Part shown: positions 8,682 through 16,942 of the stretch, piece by piece
Layout: each line of letters starts with the position of its first letter
How positions within the stretch are numbered: the stretch's first letter is position 1
IMG/VR virus record: IMGVR_UViG_3300037424_000845
Location: 1-44,312 of that record
Direction: 5' to 3' (one strand)
DNA length: 44,312 nucleotides
DNA from: a virus
Lineage: Duplodnaviria; Caudoviricetes
Made by a program: the position numbers and the translations under genes
Notes under the pieces: model-generated
What the model saw: only the letters and a program-made list of their open reading frames with translations
What the model was told of the DNA's origin: nothing
Databases searched by the model: none

Positions 8682-9112
8682 GTAAGCGCGTCTGCAACGT
8701 CCTCGCGATCATGGCTGGCGTGCCGGCGCTGTTCGAGATCGACCCCGCACACATCGTCGCCGACCTCTCGCCCGGCACCTACGCCGTCGCAGGCCAGACC
8801 GTGACCGTGGACTCGACGGGGCTTGCGACCTTCACCGCGCCGCCCGGCCCCGTGAGCCTAGGTGTTGCGCCCATCGACACAGCGGACGTGGTGACCCTGC
8901 GCATCGACCCGCGAGCGCAGTGGGTCATGGTGGAGGTCTGGTACGAGGACCTGGGCCCGGCGACTTGGTGCGCGCTTCCGTGGGGTCGGATGGCCACGTA
9001 CACGCGAGAGGGCGGGGATGTTCGCGTGCCGCTCGACGATAGGCCCGCGATCGTGCGGGCCCGGTACTACGTCAGTGAGGATCTCACCGTGATCTTCGGG
9101 AGGTATCGATGA
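8678..9112 (+). CDS. Hypothetical beta-rich protein
   Basis: ATGA-coupled at both ends. Confidence 0.65.
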   Translation: MSKRVCNVLAIMAGVPALFEIDPAHIVADLSPGTYAVAGQTVTVDSTGLATFTAPPGPVSLGVAPIDTADVVTLRIDPRAQWVMVEVWYEDLGPATWCALPWGRMATYTREGGDVRVPLDDRPAIVRARYYVSEDLTVIFGRYR

Positions 9113-9333
9113 GTGACGAGATCGAAGACGACCTGGTCGACCACGAGGCTTTAGCCATCGCCTCGCGCGCAGTCTGGATTCTGCGCCTGCTTGCGGCACT
9201 GATCTTGAGTGAACGCGCCGACGCCCGCCGCGAAGCCGAGGCCGAGCTGGCGGCATCAGAGACGGAGCTTGCAATCGTCAAGGATGCTCTGGCTGATCTC
9301 CGAGCTCGGATCGAGGCTGCTCCGGCGGTGTGA
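9109..9333 (+). CDS. Hypothetical coiled-coil protein
   Basis: GGAGG RBS and ATGA coupling. Confidence 0.6.
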   Translation: MSDEIEDDLVDHEALAIASRAVWILRLLAALILSERADARREAEAELAASETELAIVKDALADLRARIEAAPAV

Positions 9334-9464
9334 GCGATCATGCCAGAAGATGAAGACGATGAAGTTGAAGTTGTCACGTGCCGCATTGATCCTATGACAA
9401 CAGAGTGGCCAGATAGGCGCGACTACCGACGAGCGCGGGTCGTATTCGATGACGAGGACGAGGC

Positions 9465-9995
9465 ATGAGCGCACCCCGCCGATGGACGGTCGTCTATGCC
9501 GGATACGACTTCACCGCCACCGTCTCGGCCCCGACGCGTGGGCTTGCGCGAACCGAAGCCTACCGCGCGATTCGGAGAGCGTATCCCAATCACTCAGGGC
9601 GCCACATCAGTCGGCTGATTCGACTGCATGCCATGAGCCCGAAGCCTGGCGGTCGGCCTCGGGTGCGCATCGGCGCGAAGCCGAAGGGTGACCCGACGAC
9701 GGACCGACTCTGTTCGACGTGCGGCGAGTGGTGGCCGAGAGATCGGGACCACTGGCACGTGACGCGGCGATCGGCGAGGAACGGGCGATCAGCACGGTGG
9801 GAGTGGGGCTCGGAGTGCAAGGTGTGCGATCGGCGGCGCGCGCGCGAGCGAGGAGGAGTCGATGCGGATCAAGGACTGGATCACGTGGGGGGCGTGCATG
9901 ATGGCGCTTCCGATCGCGGCGGCCGCGTTCGGCGCGGTGGTCGTCGAGGACCAGCGGTTTGTCGATCTGTTCTGGTGGCTGCGCCACCTCGTTGA
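9465..9995 (+). CDS. Hypothetical protein with CxxC..CxxC zinc-binding motif
   Basis: CSTCGE...SECKVC; the 3' end overlaps the next small ORF. Confidence 0.5.
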   Translation: MSAPRRWTVVYAGYDFTATVSAPTRGLARTEAYRAIRRAYPNHSGRHISRLIRLHAMSPKPGGRPRVRIGAKPKGDPTTDRLCSTCGEWWPRDRDHWHVTRRSARNGRSARWEWGSECKVCDRRRARERGGVDADQGLDHVGGVHDGASDRGGRVRRGGRRGPAVCRSVLVAAPPR

Positions 9996-10008
9996 CCGGA
10001 TCCTGTGA
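9862..10008 (+). CDS. Small membrane protein (48 aa)
   Basis: AGGAGGAG RBS; MRIKDWITWGACMMALPIAAAAFGAVVV hydrophobic stretch; translated by hand. Confidence 0.5.
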   Translation: MRIKDWITWGACMMALPIAAAAFGAVVVEDQRFVDLFWWLRHLVDRIL

Positions 10009-10019
10009 CGGGAGGAGAC

Positions 10020-10298
10020 ATGAGATATCGGATCCTTCTGGCGCTCGCGTTTCTCGCGCTTGGCGGCGCTCGCGGCGCATCGGCGTTCCCGGATGACTGG
10101 CACATGTGCGATAGCGACTGGTGCCGGGCGTGGCACCTCTGGGGAGGGCACTGCGAGCATGGGTACGATGACGGCGGTGCCACGGACGACGAGGACGGCG
10201 GCGACGGTACCGGCGATGACGACTATCAGGATCCTCCTCCGGACGGAGGGGATGACGACGGCGGCTACGGGCGGCACGCTCCGCCGGTGTATCGGTAG
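10020..10298 (+). CDS. Putative exported acidic peptide
   Basis: GGAGGAG RBS; signal peptide MRYRILLALAFLALGGARGASA with AxA site; Asp/Gly-rich mature part. Confidence 0.7.
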   Translation: MRYRILLALAFLALGGARGASAFPDDWHMCDSDWCRAWHLWGGHCEHGYDDGGATDDEDGGDGTGDDDYQDPPPDGGDDDGGYGRHAPPVYR

Positions 10299-10385
10299 GC
10301 GACTGACACGTTGCCACTGCCCGTCGGGTCCTGTCATGCAGACGGTTCCGGAGAACGGCGGGCGGTGGCGCACAGAGGAGGGGTG

Positions 10386-10649
10386 ATGGAAGCGACTTAC
10401 TGCGAGTGGTGCGGATCACAATCCACCGCGCGTGGGCGTGTCATTGGTGCCACTGCTGGCGTGTCGTCACAGGGGATGACTGAGTCCGATCGCTATCGGC
10501 TTGTCTGCCCGGCTTGCACCACGCGGTTGCAGGCAGCAGGAAAACGGGTCGACGACACCGTGTCAGTCATCCGGAGCGCACTGTGGAAAAACGAAGTAGA
10601 TGCGTTTCCGCCGATCGTGATCCCGAACAAGATTGGGCAGGAAAAGTGA
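10386..10649 (+). CDS. Hypothetical zinc-finger protein
   Basis: CEWC and CPAC motifs; GAGGAGG RBS. Confidence 0.6.
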   Translation: MEATYCEWCGSQSTARGRVIGATAGVSSQGMTESDRYRLVCPACTTRLQAAGKRVDDTVSVIRSALWKNEVDAFPPIVIPNKIGQEK

Positions 10650-10972
10650 TGGACATCAACGAGCACCGGATCACGTCACCGAGCGTCGACCACACGGCCG
10701 AGGCCGAGGCGCTGCGCGGGATCGTGCAGCAGCAGATGGAGCAGCTCGCGCTCCGAGACGCGGAGATCGCGACGCTGCGCGGATCGATCGACACGCTGGC
10801 GGCAACGGCGCGGCTTGAGCCGGTGCGCGTGGTCGTGAGCCTCGATGAGCGGGCGTTGCTCGCGATCCTTGCGGCTGGGATGCTGGCATTCCCGGGGCAT
10901 ATCGAAAACGGTGCATGCTACGGGGCGACCAGGGCTCTAGACGAGATCGACGCACACATCAAGGGGGAGTGA
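10649..10972 (+). CDS. Hypothetical coiled-coil protein
   Basis: TGATG coupling; resembles the next gene in its C-terminal half. Confidence 0.65.
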   Translation: MDINEHRITSPSVDHTAEAEALRGIVQQQMEQLALRDAEIATLRGSIDTLAATARLEPVRVVVSLDERALLAILAAGMLAFPGHIENGACYGATRALDEIDAHIKGE

Positions 10973-11409
10973 TGGAGGACCACGACGAATTCAATCACTG
11001 CGTCAAGATTGCATGTGACTTCTACGCGAAGAACACCCCCGAACCAGGTGTTGATGCGTTGGGGATCGCAGGCATCATTCGTCAACAGCGAGAGCCGCTA
11101 CTGATCAGAATCGCAAAACTTCACGACATTATCACGAGTCTTAAAGGAGACATCCGGAAGCTTGACGCGGATCTTTCAGCTATTGAGAAGGACAGGAATC
11201 GCCTGCGTGCTCAACTCGCTCAGGAGACGCATGCAGCGACGGTCGAGCTTGGGCCGAAAACGCTGCTCGCGATCCTGATGTCTGGGTCCGCCGCTGCATA
11301 CGGAGACAACGCGCTAACCTCTCGCGAGGTTGCGTCGGCGTGCGCCAATGACGCGCGAGCGATGATCAATCAGATCGACGACATCTGCAAGTCGGCGAAG
11401 GAGGAGTAA
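10972..11409 (+). CDS. Hypothetical coiled-coil protein
   Basis: TGATG coupling with GGGGAG RBS. Confidence 0.65.
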   Translation: MEDHDEFNHCVKIACDFYAKNTPEPGVDALGIAGIIRQQREPLLIRIAKLHDIITSLKGDIRKLDADLSAIEKDRNRLRAQLAQETHAATVELGPKTLLAILMSGSAAAYGDNALTSREVASACANDARAMINQIDDICKSAKEE

Positions 11410-11594
11410 TGGCAGCGGAGAAGGTGACGACGTGCCGGTGGGAAGAGGACGCTGAAGGGGGATGGCGGACGGCGTGCATAAATGGGCGCTTCGACGCCCT
11501 CGAATATCGATGGTGCCCCTACTGCGGCAAGCCGATCGAGGAAGTGGAGTACGTCGCACCCGACGACGACGAGCCCGACGATGCCATCGGGTAA
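11409..11594 (+). CDS. Small zinc-ribbon protein
   Basis: TCRW...WRTAC...WCPYCGKPI motif; TAATG coupling. Confidence 0.7.
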   Translation: MAAEKVTTCRWEEDAEGGWRTACINGRFDALEYRWCPYCGKPIEEVEYVAPDDDEPDDAIG

Positions 11595-11880
11595 GTGGAG
11601 GACCGTCGACGGCGTGACGATCACCGACGCCATGATCGACACGCTGAGCATCTTGACGCGATGCACCTACGTCCACCCGTTGACCGGCAGCGGCATGATC
11701 GCTCTACCGCATCAGTGCCTCATGGGACTTGTGCGGCGCGGGTTGGCGACCTCGCGTCGGCCGGGCCGGGGCTTGCCGTGCGAGTGGACGATCACCGCGC
11801 GCGGGCGGGAGGTGCTGGCGGCGGCGATGAGACGGCGGGAGGTTGTGCGCGATCTCGACTACCGAGAGGCTACACCGTGA
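11581..11880 (+). CDS. Hypothetical winged-helix-like protein
   Basis: LVRRGLA...WTITARGREVL pattern resembles wHTH domains. Confidence 0.5.
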   Translation: MPSGKWRTVDGVTITDAMIDTLSILTRCTYVHPLTGSGMIALPHQCLMGLVRRGLATSRRPGRGLPCEWTITARGREVLAAAMRRREVVRDLDYREATP

Positions 11881-12146
11881 GCAAGCGGAAGATCGAGTGG
11901 ACGGATGATGAGATCGCCGCCTATGACCCGTTCGCAGACGACAAAGGCGACGGAGGGTGGCATTGCGTGAAATCGCGAGTGGTGACGACGCGAGTGCCAC
12001 ATACGTGCTGCGTGAGTTACGACGAGCACTCGATAGACGTAGGACCGCGTGCTGTCATCTACTCCGCAGTCTGCCGATACGAAGGATTTCGCCGTTTTTA
12101 CATTTGTTGCGATTGCATCCTGGCTTGGTACGGGGAGACGCGGTGA
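11877..12146 (+). CDS. Hypothetical Cys-rich protein
   Basis: TTRVPHTCC...YICCDC; GTGA coupling. Confidence 0.55.
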   Translation: MSKRKIEWTDDEIAAYDPFADDKGDGGWHCVKSRVVTTRVPHTCCVSYDEHSIDVGPRAVIYSAVCRYEGFRRFYICCDCILAWYGETR

Positions 12147-12210
12147 TGGCCAAGATCAAGATCGAGTTGCTCGACGGACGGACGTGGGACGAGATGCCGG
12201 GGGGCCGCGC

Positions 12211-13239
12211 GTGAAAGCTCCCTTCCCGTGGTTCGGCGGCAAGCGCAAAGTCGCGCACGAGGTGTGGCGACGCTTCGGCGATGTCGATGTCTACGCCGAG
12301 CCTTTCGCGGGATCGCTGGCCGTGCTACTCGGGCGACCGACGACACACACACGGCGCGTCGAGACGGTCAACGACCTCGATGGCTTCGTGAGCAACGCCT
12401 GGCGCGCGATCCTGCACGACCCGACCCAGACGGCGGGATGGGCCTCGTGGCCCGTGAACGAGTGCGACCTGCACGCCCGACACGCATGGCTGACCGAGCG
12501 CCGAGCCGATCTACGCGCGCGTCTTGAAGGCGATCCGGACTACTACGACGCGAAGATCGCGGGATGGTGGCTGTGGTGTATCGCGTGCTGGATCGGCGGC
12601 GAGATGTGCAGCGGCAAAGGGCCGTGGCATCGCGTCGAAGTCGCGCCGGGCGACTGGCAGCTCATCCGCGATGATCGGGAGGGGGATGGGGTGACGCGGA
12701 AACTGATCCAACTTGGCAACGCGGGGAGAGGGGTGAATCGGGGACGGATTTATCTTGCCAGCGCAGGGCAAGGGGTCATAGCGGGACGCGATGGGCTTGT
12801 TGATTGGCTGACCGATCTATCGTGCAGGCTGAGACGCGTGCGCGTCGCGTGTGGCGATTGGGCGCGCGTCGTCACGCCGTCGGCAATGGCACCGGCTGTT
12901 GGCGGCGTGCGAGGGATCTTCCTCGATCCGCCCTACTCTGCCGAAGCGGGGCGAGACTCGCGCATCTACTCATCCGAGTCGCTGACTGTCGCGCATGATG
13001 TCCTGGAGTGGTGCAAGACCGCGCCGACCGAGTACCGAATCGCGCTGTGTGGCTATGAAGACGAGGGACACGAGGACCTCGAAGCGATGGGATGGGACGT
13101 GTACAAGTGGTGCGCGAATGGCGGGATGTCAAACGAGCGTGGCAAAGGATCGGGCGGGAACAACGAGCGGGAGCGAATCTGGTTCTCGCCCGCCTGTATC
13201 GACTCGCACGTACAGCGGGGGATCTTTGATGGTTACTGA
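12211..13239 (+). CDS. DNA adenine methyltransferase, D12/Dam class
   Basis: PFPWFGGK, YAEPFAGSLAV, ETVNDLD and catalytic FLDPPY motifs. Confidence 0.92.
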   Translation: MKAPFPWFGGKRKVAHEVWRRFGDVDVYAEPFAGSLAVLLGRPTTHTRRVETVNDLDGFVSNAWRAILHDPTQTAGWASWPVNECDLHARHAWLTERRADLRARLEGDPDYYDAKIAGWWLWCIACWIGGEMCSGKGPWHRVEVAPGDWQLIRDDREGDGVTRKLIQLGNAGRGVNRGRIYLASAGQGVIAGRDGLVDWLTDLSCRLRRVRVACGDWARVVTPSAMAPAVGGVRGIFLDPPYSAEAGRDSRIYSSESLTVAHDVLEWCKTAPTEYRIALCGYEDEGHEDLEAMGWDVYKWCANGGMSNERGKGSGGNNERERIWFSPACIDSHVQRGIFDGY

Positions 13240-13322
13240 ACACGCTCGACGATGTGAGGTCGGGCGTGGGATTGGGCGCAAGGTTTGGTCGACACACCAA
13301 AACTGAGACAGGAGATTTGGAG

Positions 13323-13697
13323 ATGAGCGCGAGTCGACGCTACCTCTGCGGACCCCGTGTCGATCGAGACGCCGTGAGGCCCCCTGCCCACAGTGAGCGC
13401 GTGATCGATGGCATCCCGAGCACAGCGGACGCGCGGGCGCTGGCAAGACTAGCGCGAGCGGGCCGACCCCTGAGCGCCTCGGAGATCCGCGGGCCGGACA
13501 TCGACACCGAAGGCGAAACGATCCTGGGCCTCACCAACCCCACGGGCGGATCTCCGCTGGCATGGTGCTCGCGATGGGACACGAGGTTGGACGTGGCGCT
13601 CTTCGAGATCACGAGGCCCGGGCGGGCGGCGCTGCAACGGTACCGAGCGCGGCACGGGTCGCTCGGGCTGACGCACCTGGACCGGGCGATCAAGTGA
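13323..13697 (+). CDS. Hypothetical winged-helix-like protein
   Basis: AGGAG/GGAG RBS; FEITRPGRAAL wing-like motif. Confidence 0.5.
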   Translation: MSASRRYLCGPRVDRDAVRPPAHSERVIDGIPSTADARALARLARAGRPLSASEIRGPDIDTEGETILGLTNPTGGSPLAWCSRWDTRLDVALFEITRPGRAALQRYRARHGSLGLTHLDRAIK

Positions 13698-13801
13698 GGC
13701 GCGCTACGACTGCCGACCCGATCCACCATGATCTTGCACTATGGCAAATGAAAGAATCGTATAAATGACGCATTGCCAATCGGTTGCGGAGGCGTTTTTT
13801 T

Positions 13802-13833
13802 TGTAGACATGTCTACATGTCGTGTCGTAGTAT
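13802..13833 (+). promoter_or_regulatory. Promoter overlapped by a perfect 16-bp palindromic operator
   Basis: TGTAGACATGTCTACA (13802-13817) covers a -35-like TAGACA; TAGTAT lies 18 bp downstream; T-tract upstream. Confidence 0.6.
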
Positions 13834-13876
13834 CTCTGTGTCGGTCGATGGTGACCGGCGGAGACGGAGGGGTGAG

Positions 13877-14074
13877 ATGAGCGAGGTAGCAAGAGACGCC
13901 ATCGCGCGGAGCTCGGCGAGGGCCGAGATCGTGACGATCGATGGCGACGCCGCGACGGTCGCGTATTTGCGGGCAGAGTGCTACTACTGGACGGATACCT
14001 ACGATGGACTGTTGGAGTTCTGGGGCACGGTCGCTGGCCGTCACTGGCGCGTCCACGTGCGAGCCGAGTCATGA
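13877..14074 (+). CDS. Hypothetical protein
   Basis: GGAGG RBS; first gene after the internal promoter. Confidence 0.65.
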   Translation: MSEVARDAIARSSARAEIVTIDGDAATVAYLRAECYYWTDTYDGLLEFWGTVAGRHWRVHVRAES

Positions 14075-14328
14075 CCCGCTACCGGATCACGACCACGGTG
14101 CTCGGCCTCGTCAAGGGGGATGTCCTGACGCTAGATGAGGTGCGGGCGAGGGTCACGGAGTGGAGTACGTCCAGCTTCCACGACGCTGACGATGTGGCGT
14201 ATATCCTCGCCGTCCGCGACAGGATCGGCGAGGCGTTCGACGGTGAGCTGGTGACGTACTACGGTGAGCGGAGTTGGGTGGCTGGGGGTGGGGAGCTGCG
14301 TATCACGCTGGGTAGGGAGGCCCGATGA
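14071..14328 (+). CDS. Hypothetical protein
   Basis: ATGA coupling at both ends. Confidence 0.6.
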   Translation: MTRYRITTTVLGLVKGDVLTLDEVRARVTEWSTSSFHDADDVAYILAVRDRIGEAFDGELVTYYGERSWVAGGGELRITLGREAR

Positions 14329-14558
14329 CCGGCACTGACGGCCGTCCATCGAAAGCAGGTCGCGGCAAGGGCCGACCACGAAAGGCTCAGAGCGCCCGCG
14401 TGGTGACCGCGGGCCTCCGCCTCCCGAAGTCGGAGCGTGACGCGCTGGACAAGATCCTGATGCGCCGAAGCCACGCCGGGCTCGAGATCGCGAGCAAGCA
14501 GGACCTTCTCGCCTGGCTCGTGCGTGGAGTGATCAGCGGAGAGATCAAGCTGCCATAG
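14325..14558 (+). CDS. Ribbon-helix-helix-like regulator with N-terminal GRP arm
   Basis: KGRPRK followed by strand VVTAGLRLP and two helices (ERDALDKIL, SKQDLLAWLV). Confidence 0.6.
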   Translation: MTGTDGRPSKAGRGKGRPRKAQSARVVTAGLRLPKSERDALDKILMRRSHAGLEIASKQDLLAWLVRGVISGEIKLP

Positions 14559-14565
14559 GCGAAAT

Positions 14566-14589
14566 CGTCGGCATAGTGGGGTGCCGACG
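14566..14589. terminator. Hairpin between converging early and late units
   Basis: CGTCGGCA-8 nt-TGCCGACG between stop codons at 14558 (+) and 14597 (-); U-tracts are weak. Confidence 0.55.
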
Positions 14590-14596
14590 GGAATTA

Positions 14597-14932
14597 CTAC
14601 GTCACCATCGGGGCCATGTCAACAGAAGTGTCCGCAACGGTGGCGTCGGCGTGCGGGGGTGCGTGGTCCAGAGTGACCGGGTGAGATGGCTGTCCCCACC
14701 TGTAATGGTCGATCGTCTGGCCACGTCCGTTCATGAAATACAGGCCCACGTCGATCGCGTTGGTATCGAACTCGAGCTCAACGATACCGTCGTTGCCCAT
14801 GCCCGTACATCCCTCAATCATCACAGATACGGTCGAATCGGTCTTGTTCCTGCCGATCCGAACATGACCGCACTCGAACAACGAATCGTATCGTTCTCCG
14901 CCAGCGATGTGGCGGATTACCCGAACGAACAT
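14597..14932 (-). CDS. Hypothetical protein
   Basis: GGGAGGT RBS before MFVRVIRH; YFMNGRGQTID motif. Confidence 0.6.
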   Translation of the reverse strand: MFVRVIRHIAGGERYDSLFECGHVRIGRNKTDSTVSVMIEGCTGMGNDGIVELEFDTNAIDVGLYFMNGRGQTIDHYRWGQPSHPVTLDHAPPHADATVADTSVDMAPMVT

Positions 14933-15067
14933 GTCTACCTCCCTGTCTGTCTCGGTCGCGGGATGCGACCGTCTATCTGACACGCTACCGCTTGTCCGCC
15001 GTCTTGGCAAGCCCGATCGCGCGGGCGAGGCGGCGCAGGGTGAGCTTGCAGAGGGAGACCCAGAGGC

Positions 15068-15223
15068 TCATGGCTCGCTCCTGAATCCGGGCTTACGTGG
15101 CTCGTCGTCCTTCTCGCCTATCGTGATGTGCCGACCATCGATCTTGACCACCGCACTCACAACCCGAGACGCGTCGAATGTGACGCCCGCTACAGTAAGC
15201 GTCGAAGTCGGTTCGTCGCTCAC
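15068..15223 (-). CDS. Small hypothetical protein
   Basis: GGGGGAAG upstream of GTG; ends in RKPGF. Confidence 0.45.
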   Translation of the reverse strand: MSDEPTSTLTVAGVTFDASRVVSAVVKIDGRHITIGEKDDEPRKPGFRSEP

Positions 15224-15296
15224 GGCTTCCCCCCGAACCGCTCGACGATCTCCTCGCACTGCGGATCCGTGAGCGCCGAGAATGACGCTTCTGCGA

Positions 15297-15437
15297 TCAT
15301 CGCGGAATCCTTCTAGGCGCACGTGGCTTTGGCTTGTCCTCGTCCACGCCAAGGATTCGAAGCCACTCCGCGATCGACACGATGACCCGTGCGATCTTGC
15401 GCGGCGTGAGTTTCTTGATGGACTTCCAGAGGCTCAC
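15297..15437 (-). CDS. Small cationic amphipathic peptide
   Basis: GGAGG RBS and GTGA coupling; SLWKSIKKLTPRKIARVIVSIAEWLRIL. Confidence 0.55.
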   Translation of the reverse strand: MSLWKSIKKLTPRKIARVIVSIAEWLRILGVDEDKPKPRAPRRIPR

Positions 15438-15769
15438 GTGTCCACCTCCGATCCCGCTGCCATCGCCCTTACCAGCTCCGCGATGGCAATCTCCCGCGTC
15501 GGCCCCGACCCAGACAGCCCCGGAGTCGAGTCTGAGGTAGCCACAAATCGATTGGCATCGTTGGACCACCTGACGGTCACATCGCAGGACTGCCACGGGG
15601 TCATCGGTAGAAGTTGGTCGCCGGAATCAACGATGATCCGTTGCGCGCAGAACGGGCAAAACACGAACTCAGCATCGATCGGCGCCGCACCGTAAAACTG
15701 ATGGACCTTCCCGCATGACGTTGTCCACCAGTTTTCTGGCGGCGTTCCTGGCCCCCACATACATGTCAT
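15434..15769 (-). CDS. Zinc-ribbon plus HicB-like domain protein
   Basis: TCMW..WWTTSCG..FCPFC followed by VTVRWS...FVATSDSTPGLSGSGPTREIAIAEL, a HicB N-terminal-like pattern. Confidence 0.6.
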   Translation of the reverse strand: MTCMWGPGTPPENWWTTSCGKVHQFYGAAPIDAEFVFCPFCAQRIIVDSGDQLLPMTPWQSCDVTVRWSNDANRFVATSDSTPGLSGSGPTREIAIAELVRAMAAGSEVDT

Positions 15770-16098
15770 GACGAGCCCCCCGCGACGAACGGCCGGTTGG
15801 TCTTGTGCGCTACACGCACCTTGTCGATTGCCTTGCCGGCCGCATGGACCGTGTTGCCCCCGACCCCGGCAAGCCCAGCCATGGCGAGCGACCCCAGAAG
15901 CTCGGGCCAGAGCTGACCAAGGAGACCGCCTAGAAGGCCCAGTACCCACGGCACGCGATCATGTGGGATCCACGGCACGCGCATCAACAGCTTTCCCAGC
16001 CCAGCCGCGATGAACGGAATCGCAATCAGGAGCACCTGGCGGAGCGCCGCCATGATGTCCAGCCCCGGGTCGGGGCTCACTGTGAGCGTGTCGATCAT
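15766..16098 (-). CDS. Putative holin
   Basis: 2-3 hydrophobic segments, basic C-terminus, located in the lysis cassette. Confidence 0.7.
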   Translation of the reverse strand: MIDTLTVSPDPGLDIMAALRQVLLIAIPFIAAGLGKLLMRVPWIPHDRVPWVLGLLGGLLGQLWPELLGSLAMAGLAGVGGNTVHAAGKAIDKVRVAHKTNRPFVAGGSS

Positions 16099-16454
16099 GG
16101 TGTCACCTCAATGTGTGGGGCCAGTGCGGCGACGATCGCCACGAAGAGCACATCCTTGGCCTTCTCCTGATCAGGGAGCGCGTAGTACGGCACGATTGAT
16201 GGATGTGTTTTTGCGTCATCGTCCAGCACGTCACCGCGACGCCAGCCATCTTCAAACATGCGGCTGATCCAATCCGCGTGGCTACGCTCAGGAGTCATAG
16301 TTCCGTGCGCGAGCGCGGCCTTGACGCCATCGACGACAACGTCCCGATCGTACTCCAGCGCGTCATCGTAAGGTACACGGGCGGGGTCCCCGATCGTCGT
16401 TCCGTAGGCGCGGAGAGCTTCGTACGCTACCCGCGCGATTCCGTCAATCGTCAT
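16095..16454 (-). CDS. RyR-domain phage protein
   Basis: IARVAYEA.RAY, SHADW...GWRRG...KTHPSIVPY..LP..EKAKD signature. Confidence 0.85.
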   Translation of the reverse strand: MTIDGIARVAYEALRAYGTTIGDPARVPYDDALEYDRDVVVDGVKAALAHGTMTPERSHADWISRMFEDGWRRGDVLDDDAKTHPSIVPYYALPDQEKAKDVLFVAIVAALAPHIEVTP

Positions 16455-16942
16455 GTCGTACCTCCAATCGATTCGATCGCTTCAACGACGATCGCTGTGC
16501 ATTCCCGAGCGAGTGAGACGAGCTCGGCGTGCGCCCCCGGCGTGACCCGCAGACACCCGTGCGTGACCCGTAGGCGGCCCTTGCGAAGATCCCCGCTATG
16601 GATGGCCAGCCCCCGCCTACCGTTGCGATACGCCTCTAGCGCGTCTCCTGAGACGGGCGAGAGCATGACCGGCGGCTCGGCCCCGTAGGAGCGCAGCGGA
16701 TACCACAGCTCGCTCGACACCACGCCACGGTAGGTGCCGAGCGGAAAGTCGCCGAACGGGTTGCGCGGGTCCCGTGACGGGTTGCCGGCGGCCCTCGCGC
16801 GCGTGTTGTCCGACTTTCCGAGACACGCGCCGAGGTCTACTTTTTCGCGGGCGGGCTCGCCGCCTTCCGGCTGGAAGGTCGCCCGGATCGTCCCGGCGCG
16901 GAACCGGTCACGAGGGAGCGCGATGTGAACCGTCATGATCAC
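16451..16942 (-). CDS. L,D-transpeptidase-family (YkuD/Tlde1-like) protein, putative endolysin
   Basis: GDFPLGTY and GLAIHSG...THGCLRV (HxG-x-GC catalytic motif); located just upstream of the RyR and holin genes. Confidence 0.75.
   Translation of the reverse strand: MIMTVHIALPRDRFRAGTIRATFQPEGGEPAREKVDLGACLGKSDNTRARAAGNPSRDPRNPFGDFPLGTYRGVVSSELWYPLRSYGAEPPVMLSPVSGDALEAYRNGRRGLAIHSGDLRKGRLRVTHGCLRVTPGAHAELVSLARECTAIVVEAIESIGGTT

Noticed and set aside
12211-13239. Link between abundant GATC/CGATCG words and the methylase target
   Set aside because: ATC codon usage in a GC-rich genome can explain the abundance, and specificity cannot be read from the sequence.
14929-14938. Partial copy (ACATGTCTAC) of the 13802 palindrome
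   Set aside because: It coincides with an RBS-start codon junction, and a single 10-mer match is weak evidence.
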